This document shows, piece after piece, positions 19,288-29,117 of a stretch of 52,782 bases of DNA. The position numbers and the translations under genes were made by a program. The notes beneath the pieces are model-generated. The model made no database searches and was not told the DNA's origin. It saw only the letters and a program-made list of their open reading frames with translations. The stretch lies in the sequence record DRR723986_2292. The stretch is one strand, 5' to 3'. The first letter of the stretch is position 1, and the number at the start of each line of letters is the position of its first letter.

Positions 19288-20210
19288 GCAAGCAGTAACT
19301 CTGGCGCCAGCTGCTCTACCATTTCTCGCAGCCCCTGGCGCCAGTCTTTTTTAGTCGGCCCGATTAATGCGTGCATTTTTTCGGTGTCGATTTGCAAGCT
19401 ACCAAAGGCTTGTGGGTTGTCTCGAAAGCGCGGCTGCAAGCCACAGAGCTCGCCCAAGTATTCACACCACTGCTCAATACTCACCGCTTCAGAGCCGCCG
19501 AAATTTACCGTGCACACCTCTGTGCTGGCCGCCGCCAGCAGGTAGGGCAACTTCTCGATATAGTCACTGCTGTGCAACAAGTTATAGAAGTTCGGCGCCT
19601 CCGGGTGGACGTCAATCTCCATGCCCTCTTTCATCATCAGCAGGTGGAAAAACGGCCAACCGCCATTGTTGCCATAGGGGACACTCAAGCGGGCAATCGT
19701 CGTTGGAATACCGTATTGGCGAGCGGCGAAGCGACAGACCGACTCAGCAGCAATCTTCGACAAACTGTAGGTCGGGAACATTGCCCGGTGATTATCGCCC
19801 AGCGGCGCACTCTCTTCGCGCGGCTGCTGACCGGCGTATTCATAGACGGCCGTCGATGAGAAATGCAGCACGGCTTTGGCACTGCGGCAATGCGCCATCA
19901 AATTCCCGATGCCTTCGGCGTTTGCTCTCAGGTCGTAGTCAAAGTCACCACTTTTGACCACCGCCAGGTTGATCACGTAGTCCACATCACTAGGGCAGGC
20001 CTGCAAACTGCGGTGATCCGCAAGGTCTCCTTTAACAGTGTTGACGCCCATTGCCTCGAGCTGCTGACGCTGCTTCTCGTCAGTAAAACGCGCCACCGCG
20101 GTCAGCTCACACTGCGCAGCAAGCGCTTCGACAATGGGCGCGGCCACTTGGCCACCGGGGCCAGCAAGAAGGATTCGACTACCGGAAATATCAACAGGAG
20201 AAAGGGTCAT
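19284..20210 (-). CDS. NAD(P)-dependent epimerase/dehydratase family (extended SDR)
   Basis: ILLAGPGGQVA, SSTAVY, YSLSK (YxxxK) and RLSVPYG motifs. GAGG RBS before ATG 20210. Confidence 0.8.
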   Translation of the reverse strand: MTLSPVDISGSRILLAGPGGQVAAPIVEALAAQCELTAVARFTDEKQRQQLEAMGVNTVKGDLADHRSLQACPSDVDYVINLAVVKSGDFDYDLRANAEGIGNLMAHCRSAKAVLHFSSTAVYEYAGQQPREESAPLGDNHRAMFPTYSLSKIAAESVCRFAARQYGIPTTIARLSVPYGNNGGWPFFHLLMMKEGMEIDVHPEAPNFYNLLHSSDYIEKLPYLLAAASTEVCTVNFGGSEAVSIEQWCEYLGELCGLQPRFRDNPQAFGSLQIDTEKMHALIGPTKKDWRQGLREMVEQLAPELLLA

Positions 20211-20258
20211 AGCTGCCTCATTATTCATCTTTGAGGCGAGTGTAGCGTGGGAGGGATC

Positions 20259-20287
20259 TTCAGCCACCCTCCAAACGGGTGGCTGAA
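20259..20287. terminator. Strong hairpin downstream of the DUF3014 gene
   Basis: TTCAGCCACCC-N7-GGGTGGCTGAA is a perfect 11-bp stem, but there is no clear U tract. Confidence 0.45.
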
Positions 20288-20295
20288 AGCAGGCC

Positions 20296-21084
20296 TTACA
20301 AGTAGCTTTGTAGCTGACGCAACCAGTCTTGCAATGACTTCATGTTATCCGGGCCCAAACGCCACAGCCACTTACTGAGCGGGTCGGCATTTTCCAGAAC
20401 CGGGTCAGCGTATTCATAGAACACTTTTGGGCGGCGCAATTCCGCATCGGCGGGAATCGGCTCAACGATCAGCAAGTGCTCAATCGTGGTACGTAGCTGA
20501 TTATCAAAGGACTGCGGATTACCTAATTCGTTGTAGCTCGACTCCAGGAAGGGCGACCATTTTTTATAGTAGATCGCGACTTTTTTCGGATCTAAGGCGG
20601 TAACCGCATTTACCAGCGGTTCCCAGCGGCGGAAGTTACCGGGGTCGTTTGCCATGCCCTTTTCAGTCTTAATGACCAAAAAGGCCTCTTTGTCGTAACT
20701 GATCGGCAGGTGTTTGTTTGGCAGGCGAAAACGCGCCATTTGATCGACCAAAGCGACCCACTTACGAATTTGATGCTGTGGTTGCAGCCACTGCCCCAAT
20801 GACGGAGACAGTTCCGTTGCCGCGTCTCGCACCTGGTCATCACTGCCATCTATTTCTCGCGGAGGCGCCGGCGCCTTGGCCGCTTGCTCTTGATAGTCTT
20901 GCTCCTGCTCGACCGCCAGCGTTTCTTTTATCGCAGATGTTTTCGGCGGCATAGAGGCCTGCAAATCCTCCGAGCTGGTCTCAGGCTCGTTGAATTCACT
21001 GTTTGCCGAGCGCTCGACCACAAACCAGACGAAGGCGCCAACAGCAGCAATGATCACGATCGCAGACAGGGATTTCCAGTTCAT
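20296..21084 (-). CDS. DUF3014 domain membrane-anchored protein
   Basis: N-terminal TM anchor; DGSDDQVR, YNELGNP, YEYADPVLE and LWRLGPDN motifs typical of DUF3014. Confidence 0.75.
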   Translation of the reverse strand: MNWKSLSAIVIIAAVGAFVWFVVERSANSEFNEPETSSEDLQASMPPKTSAIKETLAVEQEQDYQEQAAKAPAPPREIDGSDDQVRDAATELSPSLGQWLQPQHQIRKWVALVDQMARFRLPNKHLPISYDKEAFLVIKTEKGMANDPGNFRRWEPLVNAVTALDPKKVAIYYKKWSPFLESSYNELGNPQSFDNQLRTTIEHLLIVEPIPADAELRRPKVFYEYADPVLENADPLSKWLWRLGPDNMKSLQDWLRQLQSYL

Positions 21085-21282
21085 TTACGCTTCCTGTTAT
21101 GTTTTTTGATTGTGCAAGAAATAACGTTGTCGCAGCGACAGCCCAATGACGCTGCAACGTGACATTTGCCCATGGTATCCCCGCGGACTATGCGCGGCAA
21201 CTGTGGGGAAGAATATTCGAGGGAAAATAATGCGCCAGCACCCATCGTGACCGCCGACGGGTGCCAGTTAAGAATGGAAGGC

Positions 21283-21477
21283 CTACAGGTCGAGGTCGTC
21301 TAGCAGTTCCAGCTCCTCCATTAGCCTTTTACGTTCGAGCCGCTCTTCAATACGTCGGCGAATACTGTTGTCTCGCCCCCCCATATCAGGGCCGTCGTCG
21401 TAGTTTGCACCACCATCGTCAAAGAAGTTGTCATCGAAGTCGTCAACACTCTCTGACACTGCCATTTCTCTAGCCAT
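21283..21477 (-). CDS. Small acidic protein, PA3496-like
   Basis: Asp-rich N-terminus followed by IRRRIEERLERKRL.EEL; GGAG upstream. Confidence 0.65.
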   Translation of the reverse strand: MAREMAVSESVDDFDDNFFDDGGANYDDGPDMGGRDNSIRRRIEERLERKRLMEELELLDDLDL

Positions 21478-21635
21478 ATCAAGCTCACTCCAGCACGATT
21501 AAATACGGAAGCAACCATCGGCAATTAGCACGGTTGTTCAGCTGACTATTTATGCTGAGATCGGCAGTCTGTCAATGAAAATTTACCCCTACTTTGGTCT
21601 CGGTTTATATCAGCCAAGCGCAGAGCAGGCATAGC

Positions 21636-23027
21636 CTACAAGCGATTAAGGCCATTCAGCGCCGCGGTGCGATAAGCCTCGGCCATAGTGGGGTAGTTAA
21701 AGGTGGTTCCCAGGAAGTAACGCAGGCTGTTTCCACCGTTCTTCTGTTTCATAATTGCCTGGCCGATATGAATAATTTCCGCCGCTTCGGCACCGAAACA
21801 GTGAATCCCGAGAATCTCCAGGGTTTCTACATTAAACAGCAGCTTCAGCATGCCAACGGTTTCCCCGCTGATCTGCCCCCGGGCGGTGTCTTTAAAAAAT
21901 GCCCGGCCCACTTCATAGGGTACGCGTTGCTCGGTGAGCTCGCGCTCATTCAGGCCCACTGAACTAATTTCCGGCAGGGTGTATATCCCTGTGGGTACGT
22001 CGTCGACAAACCGGCACTGCTCCTTACCGCGCGCCGACGCCGATGCCGCCCGCCCCTGGTCGTAGGCAGCGCTGGCCAAGCTCGGCCAGCCAATCACATC
22101 GCCGGCGGCGTAGATATTCTCAACATTCGTCTGGTAGTGCTCGTCCACGTTTAACTGGCCGCGATGATCCGGCGTGATGCCCACGGTCTCTAGCCCCAGG
22201 CGGTCGGTATTACCGCTGCGCCCGTTACACCACAGCAGGGCATCGGCGTGAAGGCGCTTGCCACTTTCCATTTTTAGGACGACTTCCTTATCACTGGCCT
22301 CAACCTCGCTATAGACCTCGCGGTGGCGAATCATTACGCCGAGGTGGCGTAAGTGATAACTCAGTGCATCGGAGATTTCGTCGTCGAGGAATTCCAACAA
22401 GCGGTCACGGGTATTGACCAGTTCCACCTTGATCCCGATACCAGAAAAGATTGAGGCGTACTCGCAACCAATCACACCAGCGCCGTAAACAATAATTTTA
22501 CGGGGCGTATTGGTCATCGCCAGGATACTGTCACTGTCGTAAACACGCGGGTGACTGAAGTCGATATTCGCGGGCCGGTAGGGGCGCGAGCCCGTTGCAA
22601 TCACAATGTTCTCGGCGCTGTAGTGCTCTTGTTTGCCGTCTTCACCTTCCACAGCCAATGTATGCGCATCGACAAAGCTCGCCCTGCCGGGAATCACACG
22701 AATATTATTGCGATAGTAAAAGCGGCTGCGCATGGCCACTTGGCGGGCGATCACCTCGTTAGCGTGGCTGAGTAAACGCGGATACGTGAGCGTTCGCGGG
22801 TCGCCAATTTCCCGGAAAATGGGCATGCGATTAAAGCGGATCGCCTGTCGCACCATATGGCGCAGGGCCTTGGAAGGAATGGTTCCCTGGTGAGTGCAAG
22901 CCCCCCCAACCTGTGACTGCTCCTCGATAACAGCAGCACTTTGACCATGTTTGACCGCGTTCAATGCCGCGCTTTCGCCGGCAGGCCCGCTGCCAATTAC
23001 CAGTACATCAAAATCATAGTTGGCCAA
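21636..23027 (-). CDS. sthA: Soluble Si-specific NAD(P)+ transhydrogenase
   Basis: [39 protein letters not shown] and [21 protein letters not shown] motifs. TTG start at 23027 after AAGGAAGG gives 463 aa. Confidence 0.95.
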   Translation of the reverse strand: MANYDFDVLVIGSGPAGESAALNAVKHGQSAAVIEEQSQVGGACTHQGTIPSKALRHMVRQAIRFNRMPIFREIGDPRTLTYPRLLSHANEVIARQVAMRSRFYYRNNIRVIPGRASFVDAHTLAVEGEDGKQEHYSAENIVIATGSRPYRPANIDFSHPRVYDSDSILAMTNTPRKIIVYGAGVIGCEYASIFSGIGIKVELVNTRDRLLEFLDDEISDALSYHLRHLGVMIRHREVYSEVEASDKEVVLKMESGKRLHADALLWCNGRSGNTDRLGLETVGITPDHRGQLNVDEHYQTNVENIYAAGDVIGWPSLASAAYDQGRAASASARGKEQCRFVDDVPTGIYTLPEISSVGLNERELTEQRVPYEVGRAFFKDTARGQISGETVGMLKLLFNVETLEILGIHCFGAEAAEIIHIGQAIMKQKNGGNSLRYFLGTTFNYPTMAEAYRTAALNGLNRL

Positions 23028-23154
23028 TTTACCCTTCCTTATCGCCGCTGCGCGGGGCGTTAACCACTTAGAGCTATTCAGGCAGTATACTACCGCCATC
23101 GCAAGAGAAAGGGGATTCGACCTTGGTCTGTCCCCAAGCCCAAGAGACCAAGCC

Positions 23155-23769
23155 GTGCCCACAAGCTCCCACCAACGAGAACACTATGGCCTGCGCTATA
23201 TGATGGCGAGCGCGCCAGCAATGCGCCGCCTCAAGCGCGGCAACAACAGCCGCTTGCACGGCAGCAAAAATTGGGGCGCGGCATTCTTATTGATGGAATA
23301 CCTGAGCCAGCACCCTCTCCCGCCCAATCGCTCCGTACTCGATGTCGGCTGTGGCTGGGGGCTGGCGGGACTGTATTGCCGCAAACGCTTTCATTCAGCG
23401 GTGACTGCCAGCGACGCTGACCCAGCGGTATTCCCCTATCTTCAGGCGCAGGCCGACATTAACGACCTCACTATCGACACCGAGGTCTGGCGCTTTGCCG
23501 ACATTCCAGACAACGCGCTTGCGGCGGCCGATACTCTGATCGCCAGCGATATTTGCTTTTGGGACGATATGGCTGAAGAGGTTTACCAGCTTATCGCCCG
23601 CGCTGTTGAAGCCGGTTGCGGCAGAATTCTCATTGCCGACCCCGGTCGGCCACCCTTTTTAGCGGTAGCGGAGGCCTGTATTGAGGACTTCTATGCCGAG
23701 CTCGTGCCCGTCAAAGCCCATACGTCACGGCCACACCGCGGCTATGTGCTGCGTATCGAGAACGCCTGA
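23155..23769 (+). CDS. Class I SAM-dependent methyltransferase (METTL21/Methyltransf_16-like)
   Basis: [32 protein letters not shown] and LIADPGR motifs. Start uncertain; GTG 23155 chosen. Confidence 0.8.
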   Translation: MPTSSHQREHYGLRYMMASAPAMRRLKRGNNSRLHGSKNWGAAFLLMEYLSQHPLPPNRSVLDVGCGWGLAGLYCRKRFHSAVTASDADPAVFPYLQAQADINDLTIDTEVWRFADIPDNALAAADTLIASDICFWDDMAEEVYQLIARAVEAGCGRILIADPGRPPFLAVAEACIEDFYAELVPVKAHTSRPHRGYVLRIENA

Positions 23770-23770
23770 A

Positions 23771-23826
23771 CTGTCTCAATACTGCAATATTGCTGTCACG
23801 TAACTGAAAGCTGTCAGGGGTAGTGT
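23771..23826 (+). promoter_or_regulatory. Pho-box array (4 x 11-bp direct repeats) plus -10 element for the PAP2 operon
   Basis: CTGTCTC (23771), CTGCAAT (23782), CTGTCAC (23793) and CTGAAAG (23804) at exact 11-bp period; TAGTGT 10 bp after the last heptamer. Confidence 0.7.
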
Positions 23827-23847
23827 TTGATTCGAGAGGATTAAACT

Positions 23848-24375
23848 ATGCGCTTGATACAGACAATAAATCAGTTCGATGTGCGGATGTTTCTCGCTTG
23901 CGTTAACACTCGCCACCAACAGCAACTCTGCCGGCTCGCCTTTGCCATATCAAAGAGTGGCGATGGCTATACGCAGCTCTTTCTGCCACTCGCGCTCTAT
24001 GCACTGGGCGTGCACAGCAGCGAGATATTTGTTGCTAGCGTAGCAACCGGATTCGCGGTGTGGCTACCGCTCTACTGGGTGTTGAAAAATACCTGTCGCC
24101 GCAAGCGGCCTCCCGCGGCAATCCCGCAATTCAATGCCGCCATCATTGCCTCGGACGAGTTTAGCTTTCCATCAGGGCATACCGCCGCCGCCTTTCTACT
24201 CGCGACCTTAGCCGTACTGTGCTTTGGCGCCGCCGCATCAGTACTCTTCCTTTGGGCGGTGGCCGTGGGCGCTTCACGAGTGGTACTGGGCGTGCACTTC
24301 CCAACTGACACCTTTGCCGGCGCTGGCCTTGGCATTGCCCTCGCGCACGTTGCCCACAGTCTGGTGATCGGTTGA
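23848..24375 (+). CDS. PAP2 family membrane phosphatase
   Basis: LKNTCRRKRP (KxxxxxxRP), SFPSGH and SRVVLGVHFPTD: the three PAP2 motifs. Confidence 0.92.
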   Translation: MRLIQTINQFDVRMFLACVNTRHQQQLCRLAFAISKSGDGYTQLFLPLALYALGVHSSEIFVASVATGFAVWLPLYWVLKNTCRRKRPPAAIPQFNAAIIASDEFSFPSGHTAAAFLLATLAVLCFGAAASVLFLWAVAVGASRVVLGVHFPTDTFAGAGLGIALAHVAHSLVIG

Positions 24376-24406
24376 TCTTAGCAATCAAAGAGACACGCGC
24401 TTCACA

Positions 24407-25462
24407 ATGAAACTACTCTATGGGGTCCAGGGCACTGGCAACGGACACATCTCCCGCGCTCGCATGATGGCGAAGCACTTCGCCGCTCGCAACGTCGATG
24501 TGCAATATCTGTTTAGCGGTCGCTCGCCAGAACAGTACTTCGACATGGACGTATTCGGCGACTTTCAGCTGCGCCACGGCCTCACTTTTGCAACGCGGGA
24601 TGGCCGGATAAGCACCCTGCAAACCCTGCGAGAGTCGCGGCCGCTGCAATTTATAAAAGATGTGCGCTCGCTCGATCTCAGCGACTACGATCTTGTGATT
24701 ACCGACTTCGAACCCGTTACCGCCTGGGCCGGCCGACTGCAAGGGAAAACCGTCATCGGCGTCGGCCACCAGTATGCATTTGGCCACCCCGGTGTACCCG
24801 AGGACGGCGTAGATTTGCGCAATCGCTTGATCATGAAACTGTTCGCTCCCGTTAAAGTGGGGCTCGGCCTACACTGGCATCACTTTGGCGGCCCAATTGT
24901 GCCGCCAATTATTAACCCCGACGAGAAACGTTTAGCACCGGCGCCGCACACCCTCGTTTATCTTCCCTTCGAGGATCAGCAGCGCGTCACCGCGTTGCTA
25001 CAAAGTTTCAAAGATCAACATTTCATCCAATATGCGCCGACGCTCTCTGACGCTGACCACGGCAACGTTTCACACCGAAAAACCAACCTTCACGGGTTTA
25101 AGCACGATCTGTGTAGTGCCCGAGGCGTAATCTGCAACGCCGGCTTTGAGCTGGTTAGCGAATGCTTGCACATGGGCATTCCGGTATTGACCAAGCCCGT
25201 TGCCGGCCAGTCAGAGCAACTGGGTAACGCGGCGTCACTGCGTCAACTCAAACTTGCCGACACCATGGCCGACATTGATCGCGAGCACATCGCGAGCTGG
25301 CTGCGACAGCCTCAGTACAGTGCCGCGCAAAACTACCCCGATGTCGCCGGCGCAATTTGCGAGTGGTTGCTTTCCGGGCAATGGCACAATCGCCAGGCTC
25401 TCGTGGATGCCCTTTGGCAGAACGAGCAAAACCACGCCCTGACCGCCGACCTGTCCCTTTGA
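24407..25462 (+). CDS. MJ1255/VC2487 family GT-B glycosyltransferase
   Basis: MKLLYGVQGTGNGHISR, ITDFEP, GHQYAF, VYLPFE, NAGFELVSE and GQSEQ motifs. Confidence 0.88.
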   Translation: MKLLYGVQGTGNGHISRARMMAKHFAARNVDVQYLFSGRSPEQYFDMDVFGDFQLRHGLTFATRDGRISTLQTLRESRPLQFIKDVRSLDLSDYDLVITDFEPVTAWAGRLQGKTVIGVGHQYAFGHPGVPEDGVDLRNRLIMKLFAPVKVGLGLHWHHFGGPIVPPIINPDEKRLAPAPHTLVYLPFEDQQRVTALLQSFKDQHFIQYAPTLSDADHGNVSHRKTNLHGFKHDLCSARGVICNAGFELVSECLHMGIPVLTKPVAGQSEQLGNAASLRQLKLADTMADIDREHIASWLRQPQYSAAQNYPDVAGAICEWLLSGQWHNRQALVDALWQNEQNHALTADLSL

Positions 25463-26574
25463 ATAACGACAGCCAGCCATCCGACAGACATTTTGTCGGG
25501 CCGCCCCCGCTCAATTTCCATGAATTAATGGACGACTGCCGCGGCCCCCTGCACCGGCGCCTGTCTGAGCTGTTGGCGGTTGAGCAGCTCTGCCGCCAAG
25601 CCGGGCCGCTGCTAAAAAGCCGCTGCGAAGCGGTAATTGATGTTGATAATTTTCGGCTGCCCATCGTCTCGCTAACCCTGGGGGATCCACAACGCGCCAG
25701 GAGCTGTTTGCTGCTGACCGGAGGTGTGCACGGAGTAGAGCGTATCGGCAGTCAGGTATTGATTGCCTGGTTGGAGTCAGCACTGGAACGCTGCCGCTGG
25801 GACACTCACTGGCGGCAGCAATTTGATGAAGACATCGCCATCATCGCCGTACCTATCGTCAACCCCGCGGGGATGCTGCGCGACGCCCGCTGCAACGCCA
25901 ACGCCGTTGATCTCAACCGCCATGCGCCGATAGATGCCGAAGACCGGGTTCCTTTTCTTGTTGGCGGGCAAAGGCTGTCGCGCCATTTGCCGTGGTACCG
26001 CGGGCGCTGGGAGAAACAGGTAGAGCCGGAGTTTCAGGCCCTGAGCGATATCATCGACAGGCATAGCCGGGGAGGCGACCGGATGATGATGGCGATAGAC
26101 TTTCACTCAGGCTTCGGCTTTCGCGACCACATTTGGATTCCTCACGCCTACCGCAAACAGCCCATCGATGATATCGGCAGCTATATGTCGCTGAAGCTGC
26201 TGTGGGAGCGCAACTTTCCCCACCACAATTACGTATTCGGCCCGCAGGCGATGCACTACCTCAGCCATGGCGACATGTGGGACTACTTTTATCTGCGTTG
26301 CCGCGAGCGCGGCTGCCGCCTGCTGCCACTCACCCTGGAAATGGGCAGTTGGCTGTGGGTGAAAAAACACCCCCGCCAACTGTTCAGCTTCGCCGGTCTA
26401 TTTAACCCGACCGTGCCGCACCGCCATGCACGTGTTTTACGGGGGCACTTATTGTTGATCGACTTCCTGCTGGCCGCCTGCCGAAATAGCGCAGAGTGGC
26501 TGACCCACGGCGAACAAGACCGGCAGATGCAGCAAATCGCGCAAACCCTTTGGTATCAGCACCTCAATGACTGA
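25459..26574 (+). CDS. M14 family zinc carboxypeptidase/deacylase-like protein
   Basis: GGVHGVE (HxxE), NANAVDLNR, IDFHSG and LTLEMG motifs. TTG start in a TTGA overlap with the glycosyltransferase stop. Confidence 0.82.
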   Translation: MNNDSQPSDRHFVGPPPLNFHELMDDCRGPLHRRLSELLAVEQLCRQAGPLLKSRCEAVIDVDNFRLPIVSLTLGDPQRARSCLLLTGGVHGVERIGSQVLIAWLESALERCRWDTHWRQQFDEDIAIIAVPIVNPAGMLRDARCNANAVDLNRHAPIDAEDRVPFLVGGQRLSRHLPWYRGRWEKQVEPEFQALSDIIDRHSRGGDRMMMAIDFHSGFGFRDHIWIPHAYRKQPIDDIGSYMSLKLLWERNFPHHNYVFGPQAMHYLSHGDMWDYFYLRCRERGCRLLPLTLEMGSWLWVKKHPRQLFSFAGLFNPTVPHRHARVLRGHLLLIDFLLAACRNSAEWLTHGEQDRQMQQIAQTLWYQHLND

Positions 26575-27316
26575 ATCATCGCCAAAGCACTGGCTCTTTT
26601 TGCGAGGCCTGGCCAGAGAGACCGGCCACTGGCAACCGTTTATCGAACAGTGTCAGAACACCCTAGCCTGGCAGTGCCACAGCCTGGATCTGCCCGGCTT
26701 TGGCACAGAGCACAATGGCGTATCGCCGCTGTCGATCCGACAAATCCGCCAGAACCTGCAATCCCGGCTCACTCTGCCCGAAGGCGAAGCCATCGGCATT
26801 GTTGCGCTGTCACTTGGCGGCATGGTTGCCCTGGACTGGTTAGCCCACGACCCACAGCGTGTGCACCGCGCCATACTCATCAATTCCAGTAGCGCAAATT
26901 GCCCGCTCTGGTGGCGCATTCAGCCACGCGCCCTGCCACTGCTTGTACGCGGTGTTTTTGCGCCGTCGATCGACAGTCAGGAGCGCTGGGCGCTGCGCAT
27001 GGTGAGCAACCAACACAGCGAGGATGCGTCGGTATTGAATCGGCACAAACAATTGCGCGCGCGGCACCCCGCCCAAAAAAGTAATGTACTGCGACAGCTC
27101 TGGGCCGCCTCGCGCTTTCGCGCACCCGCAAAACTGGCCCCACATCAACGCCTGCACCTGCTTGCCAGCCACGGCGATCGCATGGTGTCGTGGCGCTGCA
27201 GCAACGCACTGGCTGAGCGTTTTAACTGTTCGCTGGATGTTCACCCCAACGCCGGACACGACCTTCCCCTGGATGCCCCGGACTGGGTAATTCAGCAGTT
27301 TGCCGCGCGGCGATAA
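26567..27316 (+). CDS. Alpha/beta fold hydrolase
   Basis: FLRGL, LDLPGFG, nucleophile elbow ALSLGG, HGDRMV (Asp) and AGHDLP (His). 8-bp overlap with the M14 gene. Confidence 0.88.
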   Translation: MTESSPKHWLFLRGLARETGHWQPFIEQCQNTLAWQCHSLDLPGFGTEHNGVSPLSIRQIRQNLQSRLTLPEGEAIGIVALSLGGMVALDWLAHDPQRVHRAILINSSSANCPLWWRIQPRALPLLVRGVFAPSIDSQERWALRMVSNQHSEDASVLNRHKQLRARHPAQKSNVLRQLWAASRFRAPAKLAPHQRLHLLASHGDRMVSWRCSNALAERFNCSLDVHPNAGHDLPLDAPDWVIQQFAARR

Positions 27317-27327
27317 TCCACAGCGCT

Positions 27328-27362
27328 AAAAAAACCGCGCAAGCCTGTTTGGCCTGCGCGGT
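27328..27362 (-). terminator. Intrinsic terminator between the convergent operons
   Basis: Minus strand ACCGCGCAGGCC-AAACA-GGCTTGCGCGGT followed by TTTTTT. Confidence 0.75.
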
Positions 27363-27393
27363 CTTCGCCATTACCTTGCTGTTTTTAACGCGC

Positions 27394-29100
27394 TCAGTAG
27401 CCCAAGTAGCGCTTGCGGCGTGCGGGTTTCATTTTCTCTATGTCGACGAGTACCAGGCCATCAATGCAGTCGGCAAAATCCGGGTCCACATTAAAATCGG
27501 CAAAGCTCACGCCACCCGGCTCACATAGCTCTGTATATTGCTTGTAGAGGGTGGGCACCGAACACCCCTGCTGAGCCAGTGATGCCTTGAGCTGCACAAA
27601 TTCTTCCTTGTAGTCCTTGCCGTAACTCACCGGTGTGTTTAGCTCGCTGCGATACGGCATCTTGGCGCTCGCCCACTGTCGCTCATCGGCAAAGTGGCTG
27701 CGATAAAAATGCAATAGTTCATCTTTGGCGGCCTTCGGCAACTCGTCACTCAAACTGACCGGGCCAAACAGGTAGCGCAACTCGGGGTACTTCGCCAAAT
27801 ACTGCCCCACGCCCTGCCAGAGATAATCCAGCGCATTGCGGCCCCAATACTTCGGCTGAACGAAGGAGCGTCCTAGCTCGACACCTCGGGCAAAAATCTC
27901 ACTGGCGGCGTCCGCGTTGTAGTCAAACAGGGTTTGGCTGTAGAGGGTTTGCTCGTCGGTTAAAGTGGCAACCTGTTTCAGCCGATACGCACCGACCAAC
28001 TCCAGCTGCTCTTCATCCCACAATACAATGTGGTCGTAGTAAGCATCGTAACTATCAACATCGCGTCGGTGCCCAGTACCTTCGCCAACGGCGCGGAAAC
28101 TCACTTCTCGCAGCCGGCCGATCTCGCGCATGATGGTGCAATCACCACTGTACTGATAGCGGTATATCTCCATGCCGTCGCGGCTGCTCCCCAGGCGCTC
28201 ACAGCTTCGTATCGCCTTGCGCAGTTCCTGACGGTCCTCGGGGTGTGCCACCGGTTGCGCGTGAGGCATAAAACACGGCTCGCCCCGGCGTTTGCGCTTT
28301 CCCAGTTTGTATAGATGCTTTTTAAATAAATGGACTTTTGCCGGGGTAGTAAGCGGCAGTTGCTGGTATACCGAGGGCTCGACTGCCGCCCCAATGCTTA
28401 CTCTCACTGTGCGGTTATTCTGCTTGAACATTTCGCGAATCAACCACAGTGTAGAAAGCGGCTTGGCAAGCAGAGACAGGGCGTAGAAAAATACCGAGTT
28501 GCGAGCGCTAATATGCACCGGCAGAATCGGCGCTTCGGCACGCTCGGCAAACTTTAAAAAACCGTTGCGCCAGCGGCCATCGCGAATGCCAGCGGGGCTA
28601 AAACGCGAGACCTCTCCAGCGGGGAAAATGATCACGGCTCCCTCGCCTTCAATATGCTCATGAATCGCCTTGAGATTTTCCTTGCGATTGCGTTTGCCGC
28701 TCATATTATCCACGGGCAGTAACATTGAGCGCAGCGGTTTCAGGGCATACAGCAATTCATTGGCAACAACCTTAACATCGCCGCGCACTTCCGATACCAG
28801 TTTCAACAGCGCGAGGCCGTCGAGGCTGCCAATGGGGTGATTGGATATGATGACCACCCTGCCCGACACAGGGATACGCTCCTTATCCAGCGCGCTAACG
28901 GCATAGCCGAAGTCGAAGTAATGCAGCACCTGCTCAACAAAGTCCATGCCCTGTAGATGCGGGTAGTCCTTTTCAAACTGCTTAAACTCCGCCTCGTGAA
29001 ACAGGTAGCGCAACAAAGTGGTGAGCGTGCGTTTTATATGGGGATTGCCACTGGCAATACGCGGAAATCGCTCATTGATAACAGCATCAACGGAGATCAT
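27394..29100 (-). CDS. Bifunctional PlsC-type O-acyltransferase + OlsB-type GNAT N-acyltransferase (OlsF-like ornithine/amino-lipid synthase)
   Basis: N-terminal NHPIGSLDG (HX4D-like) and IFPAGEVS. C-terminal EIGRLREVSFR, D.DSYD..YDH, VGAYR, VELGRSFV, PTLYKQY and FNVDPDF. 568 aa. Confidence 0.8.
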   Translation of the reverse strand: MISVDAVINERFPRIASGNPHIKRTLTTLLRYLFHEAEFKQFEKDYPHLQGMDFVEQVLHYFDFGYAVSALDKERIPVSGRVVIISNHPIGSLDGLALLKLVSEVRGDVKVVANELLYALKPLRSMLLPVDNMSGKRNRKENLKAIHEHIEGEGAVIIFPAGEVSRFSPAGIRDGRWRNGFLKFAERAEAPILPVHISARNSVFFYALSLLAKPLSTLWLIREMFKQNNRTVRVSIGAAVEPSVYQQLPLTTPAKVHLFKKHLYKLGKRKRRGEPCFMPHAQPVAHPEDRQELRKAIRSCERLGSSRDGMEIYRYQYSGDCTIMREIGRLREVSFRAVGEGTGHRRDVDSYDAYYDHIVLWDEEQLELVGAYRLKQVATLTDEQTLYSQTLFDYNADAASEIFARGVELGRSFVQPKYWGRNALDYLWQGVGQYLAKYPELRYLFGPVSLSDELPKAAKDELLHFYRSHFADERQWASAKMPYRSELNTPVSYGKDYKEEFVQLKASLAQQGCSVPTLYKQYTELCEPGGVSFADFNVDPDFADCIDGLVLVDIEKMKPARRKRYLGY

Positions 29101-29117
29101 TATTCAGTACCTCTGGC

